Origin: Phoronis australis
Taxonomy: Eukaryota > Animalia > Phoronida
Assembly: GCA_002633005.1 (NCBI GenBank)
Contig: NMRA01000114.1
Span: 274,835 to 338,834, forward strand
Reading direction: 5' to 3'
Length of the DNA stretch: 64,000 nucleotides
Positions 30,374-44,400 of this stretch are shown in pieces. A program made the position numbers and the translations under genes. Position 1 is the first letter of the stretch. The number at the start of each line of letters is the position of its first letter. Below the pieces are notes generated by a model that saw nothing but the letters and a program-made list of their open reading frames with translations, searched no databases and was not told the DNA's origin.

Positions 30374-33300
30374 GTACGAGAGCCGATTTCAATTATTTGA
30401 GCTTAGATTCATTTAGTACTTGTAGGTTTCTCTTGAATCCGAGTCTGTCACAGTCAGTGTGCCACAGTGTACACCCGGACTGAGCCCAGAATTAGAAAAT
30501 GAAATCGACCACAACCACAACCACAGACAGAGGCACACCTAGGTGCTCTAAGCGTAATAATCTTATCGACACTGCCATTATATACAATAATGGGGGTTAC
30601 CCCTCTCTGCACTGTCAATTCCCACAGTGTTCGTCGTGCGCAGGAGATTTTCACAACTAACTAGCAAGTGAGTGAGCCTTGCAGTACAGCACACAGAACA
30701 AGATGATCAGACCAAACCCACTTGATTATTCACCTTCCCCTCCACCAATTATAACCACTTCCGTTTAACTTGTAAAACGAAATTAATCTAATTATCTTTA
30801 AATAAGTTGCTCCGTGCTCTGAGGAATGAGTGGTTTAAGATGGAATGTGGTGATCGAGTAGATATTTTCCAGTTTTGGTTTTCTGCGATAACACTATGTC
30901 GCTATGTCCATGATGGCATGCAATCAACTTGTTTTATCTTGGATAGAAGGTGTAGATTTTGGGCGTAAGATCGTGCACACAATCTGACTGGCTTGGTAAA
31001 CTTACAGATACAGCTGGGTTGCCAATCTAAACGTGTGTGTTTCGTCATTTATTAGATACATAATGGGTAACTAGACTGGAACCTCTAGTCATCGTATCAT
31101 AAATATCAGCCTTGACTGTTGCGTTAACCGTGATATTTTGGTTTCAGGTCAAGCAATTACTGCTCCTTCAGCTTCCATACCTACGAAATATCAGACCTTG
31201 GTTACAAGTAACGCTGACAGGAAGGGCTTTGGTGCTCAGTCAAAGAGGTTCAACTATGAATTAAATGCTGTAAGTTGATTATTAACCTTAGGTATCTGCT
31301 GCACTGAGTTCGTTTTCTGCTGTAACGTTTATAACTCTTTGATGAGTCCTGAACTAGGTCAAGGGTCATTGACATTTTTAGATATTGGACATTGAACCAA
31401 AAAATTAGTTGCAAAAAATTTTAATGACAACTTTGGAACTTACTGTCTTTACGGAGCCACCTGGCTCCATCTACTGGGGGTTGATGACTGACTGGTTTCC
31501 GTGGACATTTGTCACTCTCTGCCAGTGTTCGTGGAGAGCAGACGTGAGAGACCCAAGTACACCCCTTAACTAGACACAACGGTGTCTGACTCGTGGTCCA
31601 GGACCTTACAGCTGTTGTTTATGTGAACTCTGGCAGAGGGCGATGAATTTTTCGCAGAAATCAGTCGATCATCAATCGCTAGTACAAGGACCCAGTGGGC
31701 TCCACAAGGTCGGTAAATTATTTTACAGTATGTTCCAGAAGAAGTAGTTGATAATTTTTCCACATTGACATTGTTTTGATGCTTACTAACTGAATCTGTG
31801 CATTTTCCTGTCACCAGAATGTGAGATCCCAAGTAATGATGGAGAAATAGATTTGAAACTTTCTAGTAGAATAATGAAGTAGTGATTATTTTCACATTTG
31901 TGACTTTTTTGCAGTTTGTATTTATTCCTTTTCTGTGTTTTCAATTCAATACTTATTGTTGCAACTGTATCTGTATTTTGAAGATTGTTTTTAAAACAAT
32001 AGTAGATGTTTCCGTGATGTAGTCCTCAAGTTTGTTTAAATGGCCTTTTGCTTGTAATATTACACAGTTTCATTCACGACTCTTTCCAGTCTCTGATTGA
32101 TCAACGGTGTTCCGTAATGACGGTCTTCTACAGATCGGGAAGTGGTAACATATACGTAGCACCCCTCTAATCTTTCGTCACTTCACTTTTCAGGATGACA
32201 AACCAAGCCCTGCCAATTATCTGGGTCATACTGTGTTTGAAAAGCAAATGCCCTCTTTTGGCAAGAAGGGTACAGGTGGTTTTGCATCCAAGGTTAGTAT
32301 GGATTCTTATGTAATTGACATAGCTTAATTTTCATATTTTGTGTATTTGTTCATTGTTGTAAAGTTTACAAGTTTTTTTATAAAGGTTGTATTTGCTCGA
32401 CAGTTTCTGCAACATGTGTGGAGAGAAATGAGTTATTATTCATATCTTCAGTTGTATTGAGCTCGTGTTATTACTTATCTGAATGTATTTGAAAAGAATT
32501 GTCACTTAAATTACTAGCATTGACATTTCATCTCTCTTTTGTTTCAAGTTCTATTCACGAATGCTGAATTGCGTTTTAAAAACAACATTCAGGTACCCGG
32601 TGCAAATTGCAACCAATTCGTAAGAATTATTTATGTAAATTTGTTAAATGTGCCACAAGTTTTTTCTAATTACTGTGGTTTGTCCCTTTTCATAGTCACG
32701 ACGAATAGGGAAAGTGCATGTAAACCATTGCCCTGGGGCAGGGAAGTACGCCCTACCCTCCCTACTCCAGTCACGCCAGGACTACAATACAGCATCCACA
32801 ACATCGAGCTTTGCCTTGCCTATAGCCAGACAGCTCGACAAAGTCTCTGCTCAGCCAGCGCCTAATGCTTATGATGTAAGTTTACAGTAAAACTTCTCCA
32901 GTTTGGGACAGTCTCTAAAGTGTGGACTCTGAAATTTAAGCCAAGATTGCATTTCTTGATTCTGAAGATTTGGATGTGGGTAATTGTGGCGTTCATCATG
33001 TTTCTCAAGTATTGGGCTCTGCGTTTTGCATCAGCAAAGTCCGAGATAATATTAACGAAAATGGCTGCCAACGCAAAATTTGCCTTTCGCTTGATTCTTG
33101 AATTTAAGTCAGCCAGTGTTGCCTATTTGTAAATTTTGGTACAAGGTCCGACCTTGGCAAACGATTAATTTTCACTGTCCCAAACAGAAGAACTTCTTAG
33201 TTAGTTAAATTTTGCTTTGCATTTTGCCAACGTAGATTCACAGCTTTTAGCTAGCTGCACCGATGTCATCGTTGGCCAGCTAGGTGCCATGGTTCTGTGG

Positions 33301-36300
33301 GTAGTTACTGGTGAGGTTACTCCAAAACTGGAATTAATTTAGTATGGACTAGTTTGTAATTGTTTTTGTGGAAATTGAGTTTGTGGATGGAGTTAGTTGG
33401 TATTTCTTATTGTTTTAGCTAATTTTATTAATCATTTTTTTTGTTTTTAGCCTCTCAAGTCTCGACCGCTCGTGAGTAAATCAAATAACGTCGCCGCCAG
33501 CGCAGCCTTCAAGTCAACTTCCAAACGCGACACCCTCAACCAAAAAATCACCACATTCAAAGTATCTCCGTGTAAGTATAAATGTTGGAGTAGTTCTTCT
33601 TGGTCAAGTGTAAATATAATTGTACGTTTCTGTATCGAGACATTTTAAAAGAGTGTTCTATATTACTTATTCCATGTCATATGATAACAGTTGTTCTACA
33701 TTTGTTATACGATGTGCAGTGGTGATAAAATTGTTCTGAGGGAAATTTTTGCATCCTTTTCAATGAGATTTATTAATTCCCTGTTTTGCGACATTACTAA
33801 TTAATCAAACTTTGCTGTATTCAAAGTCAGAAACCTCAAGTACAAAGCAATCTTACCCAGATAACGTTTTCTAAAAAGTTTTGTATCGGGTGTCAAAGGC
33901 CCAATATAAATACAATTGTAGACAAAACATTACAAGTTTTCCTGTGTATTGTAGCTCAGTACATGAAATGTATCAGGGGTCTGTCTCATGTAAAGTGACT
34001 TAAGACTCAGGGTCTGTCTCATGTAAAGTGACTTAAGACTCAAGACAGAAATTTGGTCTTATGCTCCACATAACTGTTTGTTAAAAAATAAATCTCACTT
34101 GAGCAAAAATGTAAAGTCACTGAGAATAAGCCCAAAACTGCCAGTTATGCAAGTAAATTTATAAACTTTTTTGGGGCGGTAATGCGCTCTTAATTACGTG
34201 GCTCAACTCATGCTCAGAAACTGGGAAATGGGATCTTAAGATCAAATTTCTGTCACTTTTGAAACAGACCCCTGGAGTCATGCGTTATTCAGGTAAGTTC
34301 TTTGATTTATGGTATGGCGTTTATTTCAGGCCAATACAACCCCAATGACTTGGCTACGAGAGCAGATAAAAAGATCATCGTCTCAAGTTTCAAATCGACT
34401 TCATCCAGAGACATGATGAAGTCCCCCAATGCCAACCCTGGCCCAGGAGCTTATAGGCNCTTCTTAGTTAGTTAAATTTTGCTTTGCATTATGCCAACGT
34501 AGATTCACAGCTTTTAGCTAGCTGCACCGATGTCATCTTTGGCCAGCTAGGTGCCATGGTTCTGTGAGTAGTTACTGGTGAGGTTACTCCAAAACTGGAA
34601 TTAATTCAGTCTGGACTAGTTTGTAATTGTTTTTGTTGAAATTGAGTTTGTGGATGGATTTAGTTGGTATTTCTTATTTTATTAATCTTTTTTTTTGTTT
34701 TTAGCCTCTCAAGTCTCGACCTCTCGTGAGTAAATCAAATAACGTGGCCGCCAGCGCAGCCTTCAAGTCAACTTCCAAACGCGACACCCTCAACCAAAAA
34801 ATCACCACATTCAAAGTATCCCCATGTAAGTATAAATGTTGGAGTAGTTCTTCTTGGTCAAGTGTAAATATAGTTGTACGTTTCTGTATCGAGACATTTT
34901 AAAAGAGTGTTCTATATTACTAATTCCATGTAATATGATAACAGTTGTTCTACATTTGTTATACGATGTGCAGTGGTGATAAAATTGTTCTGAGGGAAAT
35001 TTTGCATCCTTTTCAATGAGATTTATTAATTCCCTGTTTTGCGACATTACTAATTAATCAAACTTTACTGTATTCAAAGTCAGAAACCTCAAGTACAAAG
35101 CAATCTTACCCAGATAACGTTTTCTAAAAAGTTTTGTATCGGGTGTCAAAGGCCCAATATAAATACAATTGTAGACAAAACATTACAAGTTTTCCTGTAT
35201 ATTGTAGCTCAGCACATGAAATGTATCAGGGGTCTGTCTCATGTAAAGTGACTTAAGACTCAGGGTCTGTCTCATGTAAAGTGACTTAAGACTCAAGACA
35301 GAAATTTGGTCTTATGCTCCACATAACTGTTTGTTAAAAAATAAATCTCACTTGAGCAAAAATGTAAAGTCACTGAGAATAAGCCCAAAACTGCCAGTTA
35401 TGCAAGTAAATTTATAAACTTTTTTGGGGCGGTAATGCGCTCTTAATTACGTGGCTCAACTCATGCTCAGAAACTGGGAAATGGGATCTTAAGATCAAAT
35501 TTCTGTCACTTTTGAAACAGACCCCTGGAGTCATGCGTTATTCAGGTAAGTTCTTTGATTTATGGTATGGCGTTTATTTCAGGCCAATACAACCCCAATG
35601 ACTTGGCTACGAGAGCAGATAAAAAGATCATCGTCTCAAGTTTCAAATCGACTTCATCCAGAGACATGATGAAGTCCCCCAATGCCAACCCTGGCCCAGG
35701 AGCTTATAGGCCTCATGAAGAGGTTGAACCCCAAGCAAGAACAATATACCCGTGAGTGTGATTTAGTTATGGTGTACATAATGGAGCCTGGGATTCCAAG
35801 TATAGGTGCCACTCACTTCCAGTTAGAGTATTTGTTTGGAAAATTCCAATATTTATTTTACTGCCTAGCACTATGAAAGAATATATTTCAGCATCGAAAA
35901 AACTGTTTGATGTCTTCTTTTAGTAGAATTCGTAGTGACAGGAGTAATTTTTCAATAGTTCAGGTTGTGTCCTTGTAAAGTGCAAGCTCTAATTACAAAA
36001 ACCATCATCAGCTGACGCACATACCCTGAAGTAAAGCGGGTCAACTCAGTAGAATAGGGACATTGCGACTTGTGCACAGGACCACAGATCACATGTATTG
36101 AGAATAACAAGGATTTGATGGACTGTGTACTGTAACAAGGAGTTGATGGACTGTGTACTGTAACAAGGAGTTGATGACCTATGTAATTTAACATGGAGTT
36201 GATGGTCTGTGTACTCTAACATGGAGTTGATGGTCAATGTTCTATAACAAGGAGTTACTACAGTCTATAGTTATGATAATAACAGCTTAGTAGTCATGCT

Positions 36301-39300
36301 TGACACATAGTTTCGAAGCTTTTTAATCACATGCAGTAACTGACTGTGTGCTCAGGTATGTAATAGTTTAACGACTATGTACATTGTATATTATGTGGAG
36401 TATTGATTAACACTAACTTCTAGCATGAAATCTAGGTGAGGATTTTGTTGACTTTGAGACAATTTCTATTGGTTTCTTGCAGCCGAAAGCACTACCTTTG
36501 CATATCTGCCCCAGCCATGGCACTACCCCCTCCAGTAGATAACCCTGGCCCCGGGGCATACGAGCTAGTGAATTACGAGGGTGCCGCCAAACATTATATG
36601 TCAAGCTCTGCGTTTGTTTCGACAACAGGGAGGTGGCAGAACTCTTCGAAGATGGCAGCACTTGTGCCTGGTCCAGGTATGTTTGGAGTTTGAGGTTGTT
36701 TTGATGTTTGCAGAAAACAAACAATGTTGTTTGCATCATAACATGGTGATGAGTCTGAAGCTGCGTGCTTGGGTCTTTGTCAGTCTTCCTTCTTTACACT
36801 TGCCGGTATAGTGGCATCTCTTGGTGGTTTTTGTGCCCTGGATTTTAAGAAATGCTTGAATTTTGTGATCATAAGAAGTGTGTCGTGTGTTACCTCTTAG
36901 TAACTAGAGGTAAGGGTTGATTTTTCCATCTATAGACATGTCTAGTCTATGGGATATGTTGATGAGTTATGAAGTTGAGGTGCAATTGTAACTTCTGCAG
37001 CAGTGTGTTAAGAATATGGCCATCTTCCTGGCAATCTGGAACTCATATTCCAAGCAATAAAATGTGAGAACCCATGAGTGCCAACAGTTAATGTTGTCTC
37101 AAGTTCCAATGAAGAATGACAAAGGATACCTTTACACCATTGACAAACATTAGAACACCTAGTTCACGAAATTCTCAAAAGATGTCACTGATACTATCCT
37201 TGATACTACATTTGGTTTGACTACCTGTTCTTAGAAAAAATAACATAGACATGTGACTACAAATGTGTAGATATTTCTTCAACCCCGCATTGACTTTCTC
37301 TGATCATCGTTTATTTGAAAATGTGTCACTTGGTGGGTTGTAGATTAGTATTCAAAAAGAGATTTTAATGTACTGATGAGTGATAACTGGGATAAACATT
37401 AAGGTAACCATAGCGACAGTGACAATAGCAATTGGTAGATGGTATAATATTCTTATTACTGAAACACAATTGTGTAAGATTCCAAACTTTTTTCCTGGAT
37501 TAGCACCATTCTTTTCCTATTTAGCCCGAAATATGATGTTAAAGTGGACTATTTTGTCAATTTCTATCGTTTCAAACATTCTGTACAATTTCCACAAAAC
37601 ACTGTTTGGGAAGATTTTCATGCCTAGTAAGAAGGTAGCCATCCTCTGAACTGTTTTGTTATTTTGATGGCTAATTACTGAACATCTACTGTACTTCGCA
37701 ACACTTGGCAAATTGCCACCATGAGGAAGTGTAAAAACAGCAGGATCTCTGCAGGTGGTATCTCGTTAGTGTTATGTCATTCCGTATGCTGTAATTGACA
37801 CGTGATGAGTATGTGTGTTCTCCTGCAAAGTGTCTTTCAAGGCCACTGACAACCTTCCTTACCAGTGACTAGCTTTTTTAAAATGTGTTTGATGGCCAGT
37901 TCCCAGGGACGAAGTTAGGCCACGCCTACTTTTGTTACTGTTGCCATGTCCTCACAAGTGCAAATCCAGTCGGGCAAAAGTCCATTGCAAGTATTATACA
38001 GTAACAGATTTTCTATTCTCGGAATTTTTTTATTTTAGATAAATTGATCTAACCAGATAGTCCTAGCCAAGGCCTTAGCAAAAGCAGATAATGCGTAGGC
38101 CCGTCAAATCATAGGTGAAGTTGCCTTTTCACGCCATATTGAGTCACCCTGAGATCTTAGCACAAACAACAAAAGACGGATAGAAAATGTATTGAATAGG
38201 GGTCTGAAAAAAACCCATTCATAGCTGTTTGAGTTTAAGTAAAAGGTGATTCTCACGGTGATGTAAAACAACAAGTCAGTCAAAAAAAAATTCACCAGTT
38301 CCTTACACATGGCATGGGTGGGCTCAAAGCGATGCTCTTAACATTCTGTAGGAACCAAATTTTTATGACATTACTTCAAGACTGGCTTTAAAGCCTCTTT
38401 ATTAATAAGGATGATGTTGATAATTATAATGGTAATTATAATGATAATGAGAATGAGAACTAACGGTAAGGGATAATCATACCATGTTATACTTATCATG
38501 GCTAAGATATTAAAAATGGTGTTGACAGCATGTGCAGACAGAAGTTAAAACAAGCCCCCCCCCCCTTTTCNCCCGCCCTCTTATTTCAGTCCTGTGCTGC
38601 CTTTGCAGTATCAGATAACAACACAACACTTATTGCCATTATTCTGCTCCGTTAAAATTCAGTCTTTAGATTAATTTGCTTTGGATTGTCAGAATAACTC
38701 AACAGGATCTCCCTTCATTGATTTTATTCTTGTCACGTGAGAGGTTGATACTTGTTTTTGTCAGCTTGTGAACTAAACCTCTGGTAGGGGGCGTGAATCA
38801 ATAACTTGAGGTAAACCACACGTCATGACGTCAAGTGGCATCCAGTAACATGGGTGTACAGTAGACTCGGCGCATTCTAGTGATCCATGCAGATTTCCTT
38901 CAAGAATTTCGTGAATTTCAGCTGTGTCTTGCCACAGCTGTATAGAAATAGTTTTTAAAAATCCCAGTTCGCTGTTTGAGGTTTATCGAGTTTCTTACAT
39001 TATGGTGTGAACTTCCCCGCGCTTTAATATATTATAGGCTGTTATTTACTAATTTGTTGTTGGAGAACAATAACAGTACAAGATATATGGATAGAAGTCT
39101 TTGGTTCTATAGTTTTGTGCGTTATCATAATTTGAAAAACGACTTTTGAATGGGCTTGTTTACTGTCACACATCTAAACTCAGCCTCATCTCAGTTCTTC
39201 CTTACTCAGATAGGAAATTATTTATAGTCTTTAGATGAAGTGACAGGTTATTAATGCTTCAAATCAGACTTGTCACGTCGGATTAGTTTCAACTGCCGAA

Positions 39301-41421
39301 CGCAGTACTGCCGTCAGGGGAATTGAAGGGGACTTGTTACCATTTCAATTTAAATAAAGGATAAGAACGCGATGACGAACGCGCTGTGAAGAAAGTTAAT
39401 GTTTTAAACACAATGCAGAGCGTGGTTTATAGAAGCTATAGTCTGTATACCTTATATTTTTAAAATAGGCTGGAAACTGAGTTCATGTTACATTTAATTA
39501 CATATTACAACATGTTAGTACAACTGTTAGAAGCCTGTAATACTCCATCCTAAGTTACGGGTATTTCAGCTGCACATGTAGTCTCTATATACACGTGACT
39601 GCGAATTTTATTAGGTTTCATCGGTGAACTGTGCAGCCAGTGAAAATTTTAGGTCTGCCTTTGCCATGACTAGGCGGAGGTCATTTGACAACGAGGACTC
39701 TTCGAGTGTCTCAGTAATTTCGGTATGTTCTCTAAATTCAGCCCCATTAATAGTAAATAGGCGTTTCATCCGTATTATCATTTTCGAGTGCCTTACTCGA
39801 GCTTTGGACAGCAAAGTGCTGATCACAAAATAAAGCGTAAATAACGAAAGGTAACTCTGTTCATGTTGATACTTGACTGTTCAGATGTTATCGTTTTCGA
39901 AGAAAGGTTGAGTGTGCAATTGAAAACTTGTGCCGTAGCTCTGCAAACTTATCACAAGTGGCCTCACACCTGTGTCTATAGATCTAGCGCTTCTCCGAAG
40001 TGACTGGCTGCATTGATTTACCATTAATTGTCTTATAATTAATGTTGGGTATGCTACAAATTACACGTGACATAAGGCCGTCGTCATGGCAACCACTTGT
40101 ATAAACCTTTGCATAAAATGGCCTATGTGTTTGTTCGCAGTGCGCTCCATTAGTTGGGTAGGGACACTGTAAGTCGATTTCTTCCGATTTTAATCGCAGG
40201 TCTGCTTGAATTTTTAACCGTTAATGTGTGCCTAGTGATTAGTTGGAGGGATATTATTATTCTATATGCACTAAAATTTGTATTCGTCGCCGGTCATCTT
40301 TTAGTAGCAACGGATTGGAAACAGAAATCGTGGCACAACAGTACAAAAAATCAAAAATAACAACCTGTCAACAGAAAATATCTAGAAATGTCCGCTGTAC
40401 GTGTGAGATTGCCAGCGTAGAACGTGTACAATCGCACGTCAGTGTCGTCTGCGGAGGTTGACTATTACAAAAAGAGATGTCATATTTGTTTTTATATGTT
40501 GAGCAGTACTAAAATTAAAAATAACGTAAGATGGCGCTCTGGCCTACCCCTACGAAATCGTTCTCAAGACTGTTTTTCATCTCCTGATATTACGATAGTA
40601 ACTTATTCCCGTTGTCACAAGTGACTTAACAGAGCCGCCTCCCGTTCAGTAACGCTAGGACCTCGCTCAAAAGCAAGACTTCGGGAGATTACGTGAGATA
40701 TTGCCGTGTATTTTAAATAAGAGCACGTGACTTTGACTATGTTTTAGCTAGATCCTAGCGTAGGTCCTAGCGTCTACTGAACGCACGCCTGGTCTCCTCT
40801 TCTAAAACTTGACGCGCGGGTTTTCTTTCACTGAGATCTCTCAGTTTCAACCGGCGGTGTTTTCTTGGGAAGGATGTTTGTGATGCGTTTCGTTTGCCCA
40901 TTTTTTCACGTTTTAGCTGCAAGTCATTGGAGAGGAAGTGTGTCGTTAAAGGTCTTCTGTCACAAAACAAATTTAGGTTGAGACCATTTACCGTTGTGTA
41001 ATTGGTCTCAAATTATTCCTTACGGGTCAAAACAGATGTGATTTCTGGAAATAACTGATAGGTCATTGTTGCTCGAGATTAAGCCATCCACAGATTGACT
41101 TGTCACGGGGTGTCGTTTTATTCGACGAATCTTCTCGAGCACTGACGAACTGTCAGCTCTTTGCAGGAAAAAATTGCTTCTCATTTGACTAAGGAGCAAG
41201 TTGAGACCATTTTTACTGGCACTTGTGATCTATATGAAAAGTTAGTCTATTCGACGGGGCCCAGGTTTATTGTTCGTGTATCACTTCATGAAACTGAGGG
41301 AGAGCTAAGAATAATTTACGGTATCTTATTCTACTCACTTTCTCTCTCCACAGCTCAATACCGTCCCACGCAACAAGGGAAACAGTCATTCATCTATAAC
41401 GCTTCCGGCAAATGGCTATAG
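30292..41421 (+). CDS. STPG1: Sperm-tail PG-rich repeat protein 1 / O(6)-methylguanine-induced apoptosis 2, 344 aa
   Basis: Exons 30292-30373, 31148-31269, 32194-32292, 32696-32875, 33451-33571 (duplicate 34705-34825), 35583-35751 (partial duplicate from 34330), 36483-36676, 41354-41421. Repeated PGPGAY motifs, SIPTKYQ, KGFGAQSKRF, PAPNAY, KHYMSSSAFVS, GKQSFIYN..KW. Confidence 0.92.
31148..31269 (+). CDS. STPG1: STPG1 exon 2
   Basis: SASIPTKYQTLVTSNADRKGFGAQSKRF. Confidence 0.88.
32194..32292 (+). CDS. STPG1: STPG1 exon 3
   Basis: DDKPSPANY...SFGKKGTGGFASK. Confidence 0.87.
32696..32875 (+). CDS. STPG1: STPG1 exon 4
   Basis: CPGAGKYALPS...QPAPNAYD; 180 nt, phase 0-0. Confidence 0.87.
32891..33195. 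mobile_element. Possible MITE just downstream of STPG1 exon 4
   Basis: cttctccagtttgggacagt / actgtcccaaacagaagaac inverted ends; related sequence near 21210. Confidence 0.55.
33451..33571 (+). CDS. STPG1: STPG1 exon 5 (first copy)
   Basis: NNVAASAAFKSTSKR. Confidence 0.75.
33974..34274. mobile_element. MITE (second copy at 35227-35527)
   Basis: TIR caggggtctgtctca / tgaaacagacccctg; left end tandemly duplicated. Confidence 0.7.
34705..34825 (+). CDS. STPG1: STPG1 exon 5 (second, probably allelic copy)
   Basis: Same peptide, synonymous differences. Confidence 0.7.
35583..35751 (+). CDS. STPG1: STPG1 exon 6
   Basis: SSFKSTSSR...NPGPGAYRP; truncated copy at 34330-34458 ends at an N. Confidence 0.88.
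36116..36256. repeat. 28-bp minisatellite, ~5 copies
   Basis: gatggactgtgtactgtaacaaggagtt variants. Confidence 0.85.
36483..36676 (+). CDS. STPG1: STPG1 exon 7
   Basis: PGPGAYELVNY...SSSAFVSTTGRW...VPGP. Confidence 0.9.
41354..41421 (+). CDS. STPG1: STPG1 terminal coding exon
   Basis: QYRPTQQGKQSFIYNASGKWL*; strong pyrimidine tract + cag. Confidence 0.87.
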
Positions 41422-44400
41422 CACCGGCGCAGACCTGGAGACTTTGGAGTCATGGCTAACACACCTCCAGCAAGCCATTGTGACAGCTGTTCTGTGCAAT
41501 CTCGAGTATGCTGAAGAATGGGTCTTTCTAGTTGAATTATGTAATGATTACAATGTTTCAATTCATAGATTATTATGATCAAGTTGTGAGTGGTCTTCAG
41601 TTGTACGCACGAAGTACATTTGTAATTTGTCGTAGATATTGTTATTTTGTTATTCACTATTTGTTATTCACATTTTACAAGTAGACAACCTTTTGAAGAC
41701 GTTTCCCTGTTTCACGTAATGCGTCATTTTTGCCGAACCTTTAAACTACTTTCGATCACTGTGCCAAAGCTGTGCTTTTATACGTCACACCTTCACCGTC
41801 AGAGCTGGGTTTTTTTGGCTCTACATGTTTTTTCGGTCTGACCTTGTCTAGGCCGTTGTATCGTACATTCCCCAATACTATTGATTTTTACAAGGAAATG
41901 TTAATCTCGTCAAGACGAATTTACCAGGCGCTAATGTCAGTCGTTTCCTTGTAACGAAATTACTAGCAACTCTTTCTCGCTTGTATTCTTGGGAGATGCA
42001 AAATCGCAAAAAATAACATAATTTCTTTTATGGTGTGGGCTGTATTGGCTTTCAGGAAAATACGTGTGCCAGGCCTCCATTTTTGCGATTTTTTCCAAAT
42101 GATGATTTTGAATTGTTCTTTTACTTTCGTTGCGTTAGCGTAAGATTTTTCAACTTTGTAAGACTCTGTCTTTGTAACTTCGTAATTGGCGTTACGGGTC
42201 CCTGTAAGGTGGCCACGTGTATACCTACACATCCTAGGTCGCGGGCTTATGGGAAGGTGTCTCTTCCAACTGGGAAGCGACACGTGCCACTGTGTGTTCA
42301 AATTTATCTTGGTTTCCCGAAATTACTTAGTACCTAGCAAAAGCCAACACGTTGGTACCCTTTAAGTGTATGAACATTTAGTGGCCTAACTTTCACTGAA
42401 CTTGTTTTCTGGTCACATTGCATTGGTAATTTCCACGCAGTTTGCATCGCAGAATTTAATAGCACACTACTGCTGAACTTGCGTTCCGATAAAATATGCG
42501 TTTCATTTCAATGCCACCATTCTCGCTAGTTTTCCACAGTATCAGGTGTCGGAGCGCTATGTGCTGTCCCTGCGCCGTCTCGGGCATTTCGTTTTCCAGT
42601 GGAGTACCTGTTAGGCTGAGACAGTTACTGTATATTGACTCATAGTGTTTGACACGATGTTCCTGGCATGACATAAAACACGACATACTGCGAAACAAAC
42701 AACCATTGTGTTCCGTGATTAACCGAGTCATCATGTTGAGAGACATGAAAATCATCGATTTTTCGTTATAAATAACACAAACTCTTTCGAAATACGTGCT
42801 ATTGCCCTTCCACTCAGACAAGTGGCATTAAGTAGTTCTTAGTCTTTGGTTATTTTGTTAAATCACAGAGTACTCAATATGATCTTAAAACTTGTTGTTG
42901 TGCTGTCGAACCACAGTTTTGTGAGACTTGTGTAGCCATAAATTGTACAATTTTATGTATAATTATTGTACAAAATTCATATTGTAAAAACTCATAAAGC
43001 CATTGTATATGTATCATTTCAATGCATTGTTTTGTATAGTAAATTATGCATCTTCAAAATATGCATTTGACAAATAAATTTTTACACTTTTAATCGAGTT
43101 GTTGTTCCTGAAAACAAAGCCTAAACGCAGACTTGTATTACGAAAATATATTGTTATTTGCAGTAGCTTCAGTTTTTTTTAGCCCAACTTATTTTGCATC
43201 AGTCGGTTGGTCGATGGATCAAAGATTGCCCGATTAACAACAACTTGCTAAAAGGTCGTTATTGTTTCTCCATGGGAGTGGAAATTATGCTTCTCTGCAT
43301 TGAACAGCGTCGATGCGCAAACGGATTTCGCAATAGTTCACTGTGAACAACCTCCGCTTGACCATATTAGTAATTTTACCTGAATATTCAAAACCATTTC
43401 CTGTGAACGTTAACGCAACATGGTTTATATTTATATCGATTTTCACATTAAGTTCGATTAAATCTGCGGATTATGAAAACGATTAACAACGGGCGCCACA
43501 CCTGTGTATTGTGAACTTATTTACAGGAATCCGTATACAGTGGGTGCCCATTACAGGATGTTGGAGTATAGAAAAAGAACGCAGTTCCGTAATCTAAGTG
43601 GGTATCAAGAAAAGATTGTACGGTGGTTCGTTCAGTACCGTTCAGAGCTGCACATCTCGGTGAAAGGAACCGTCCCTTGACCGATGAATTGGGTGAACGT
43701 GTGCTAGCGTTTTTGACGTTCTCAGGAAGACACTGAGGTTAATTTGGCCGTTGGTTTCAGTTCCGTGTTATTTGCCTTCGTTCATTTTTAAGGGATACTA
43801 TTTTGAACGTTTATGTATGGAGGGCTTTGCGTTTACGTTCGTTTTTTGAATTTGTTATAGTGACGCCGCACACAATTCGCCATAAAGCGACGGCCCCTTT
43901 GACCGTAACGAACTGGGGGACTCTCGGCAACCATGAGAAAATTTTCTGTGTCTGATCATATTTATCTATCGCTCTGTCTACTTATTAGTCGTATTCGGTT
44001 GTTCACACTTACAGATGTCGATCGTTTTGCCAGAATAGAAAATAAATGACTGCATGAGATGCTGTGGCTGAGTACCCAGTCACCATGGAAGTCCCGAGTT
44101 TGGCCACGCGAGCTCATCATGTACTTCCGGGTCAGAGGCCTTCAACACAAAAAATAAACGAGGTAAAAAATCTTACACTATCCGAATTTTTTCCACACTT
44201 ACTTGAAGTTTCCTGGCACATGAATCTTTTTATCACGTTAATCGTTTGGACCAGTTTGCAATGAAAACATGCCCACCCACTGCACACTTCGAATTACTGA
44301 ATTTGATCAAATGACACTTAAAGACATTGGTCACTCGCCCAGACCATTCCCAACACAGCCAGAATATCTAGAAAAGGTGCGCACCCCGACCTCCCTTTTA

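Larger units (their letters stand above)
33193..35711. other. Duplicated block across a contig join (33193-34458 vs 34460-35711)
   Basis: N at 34459; duplicates STPG1 exons 5-6. Confidence 0.85.

Noticed and set aside
31339-31366. Hammerhead-like tgatgagtcc...gg
   Set aside because: Lacks intact CUGANGA and GAAA cores.
43618-43738. Run of four short hairpins
   Set aside because: Stems only 4-6 bp and no family motif; compatible with chance.
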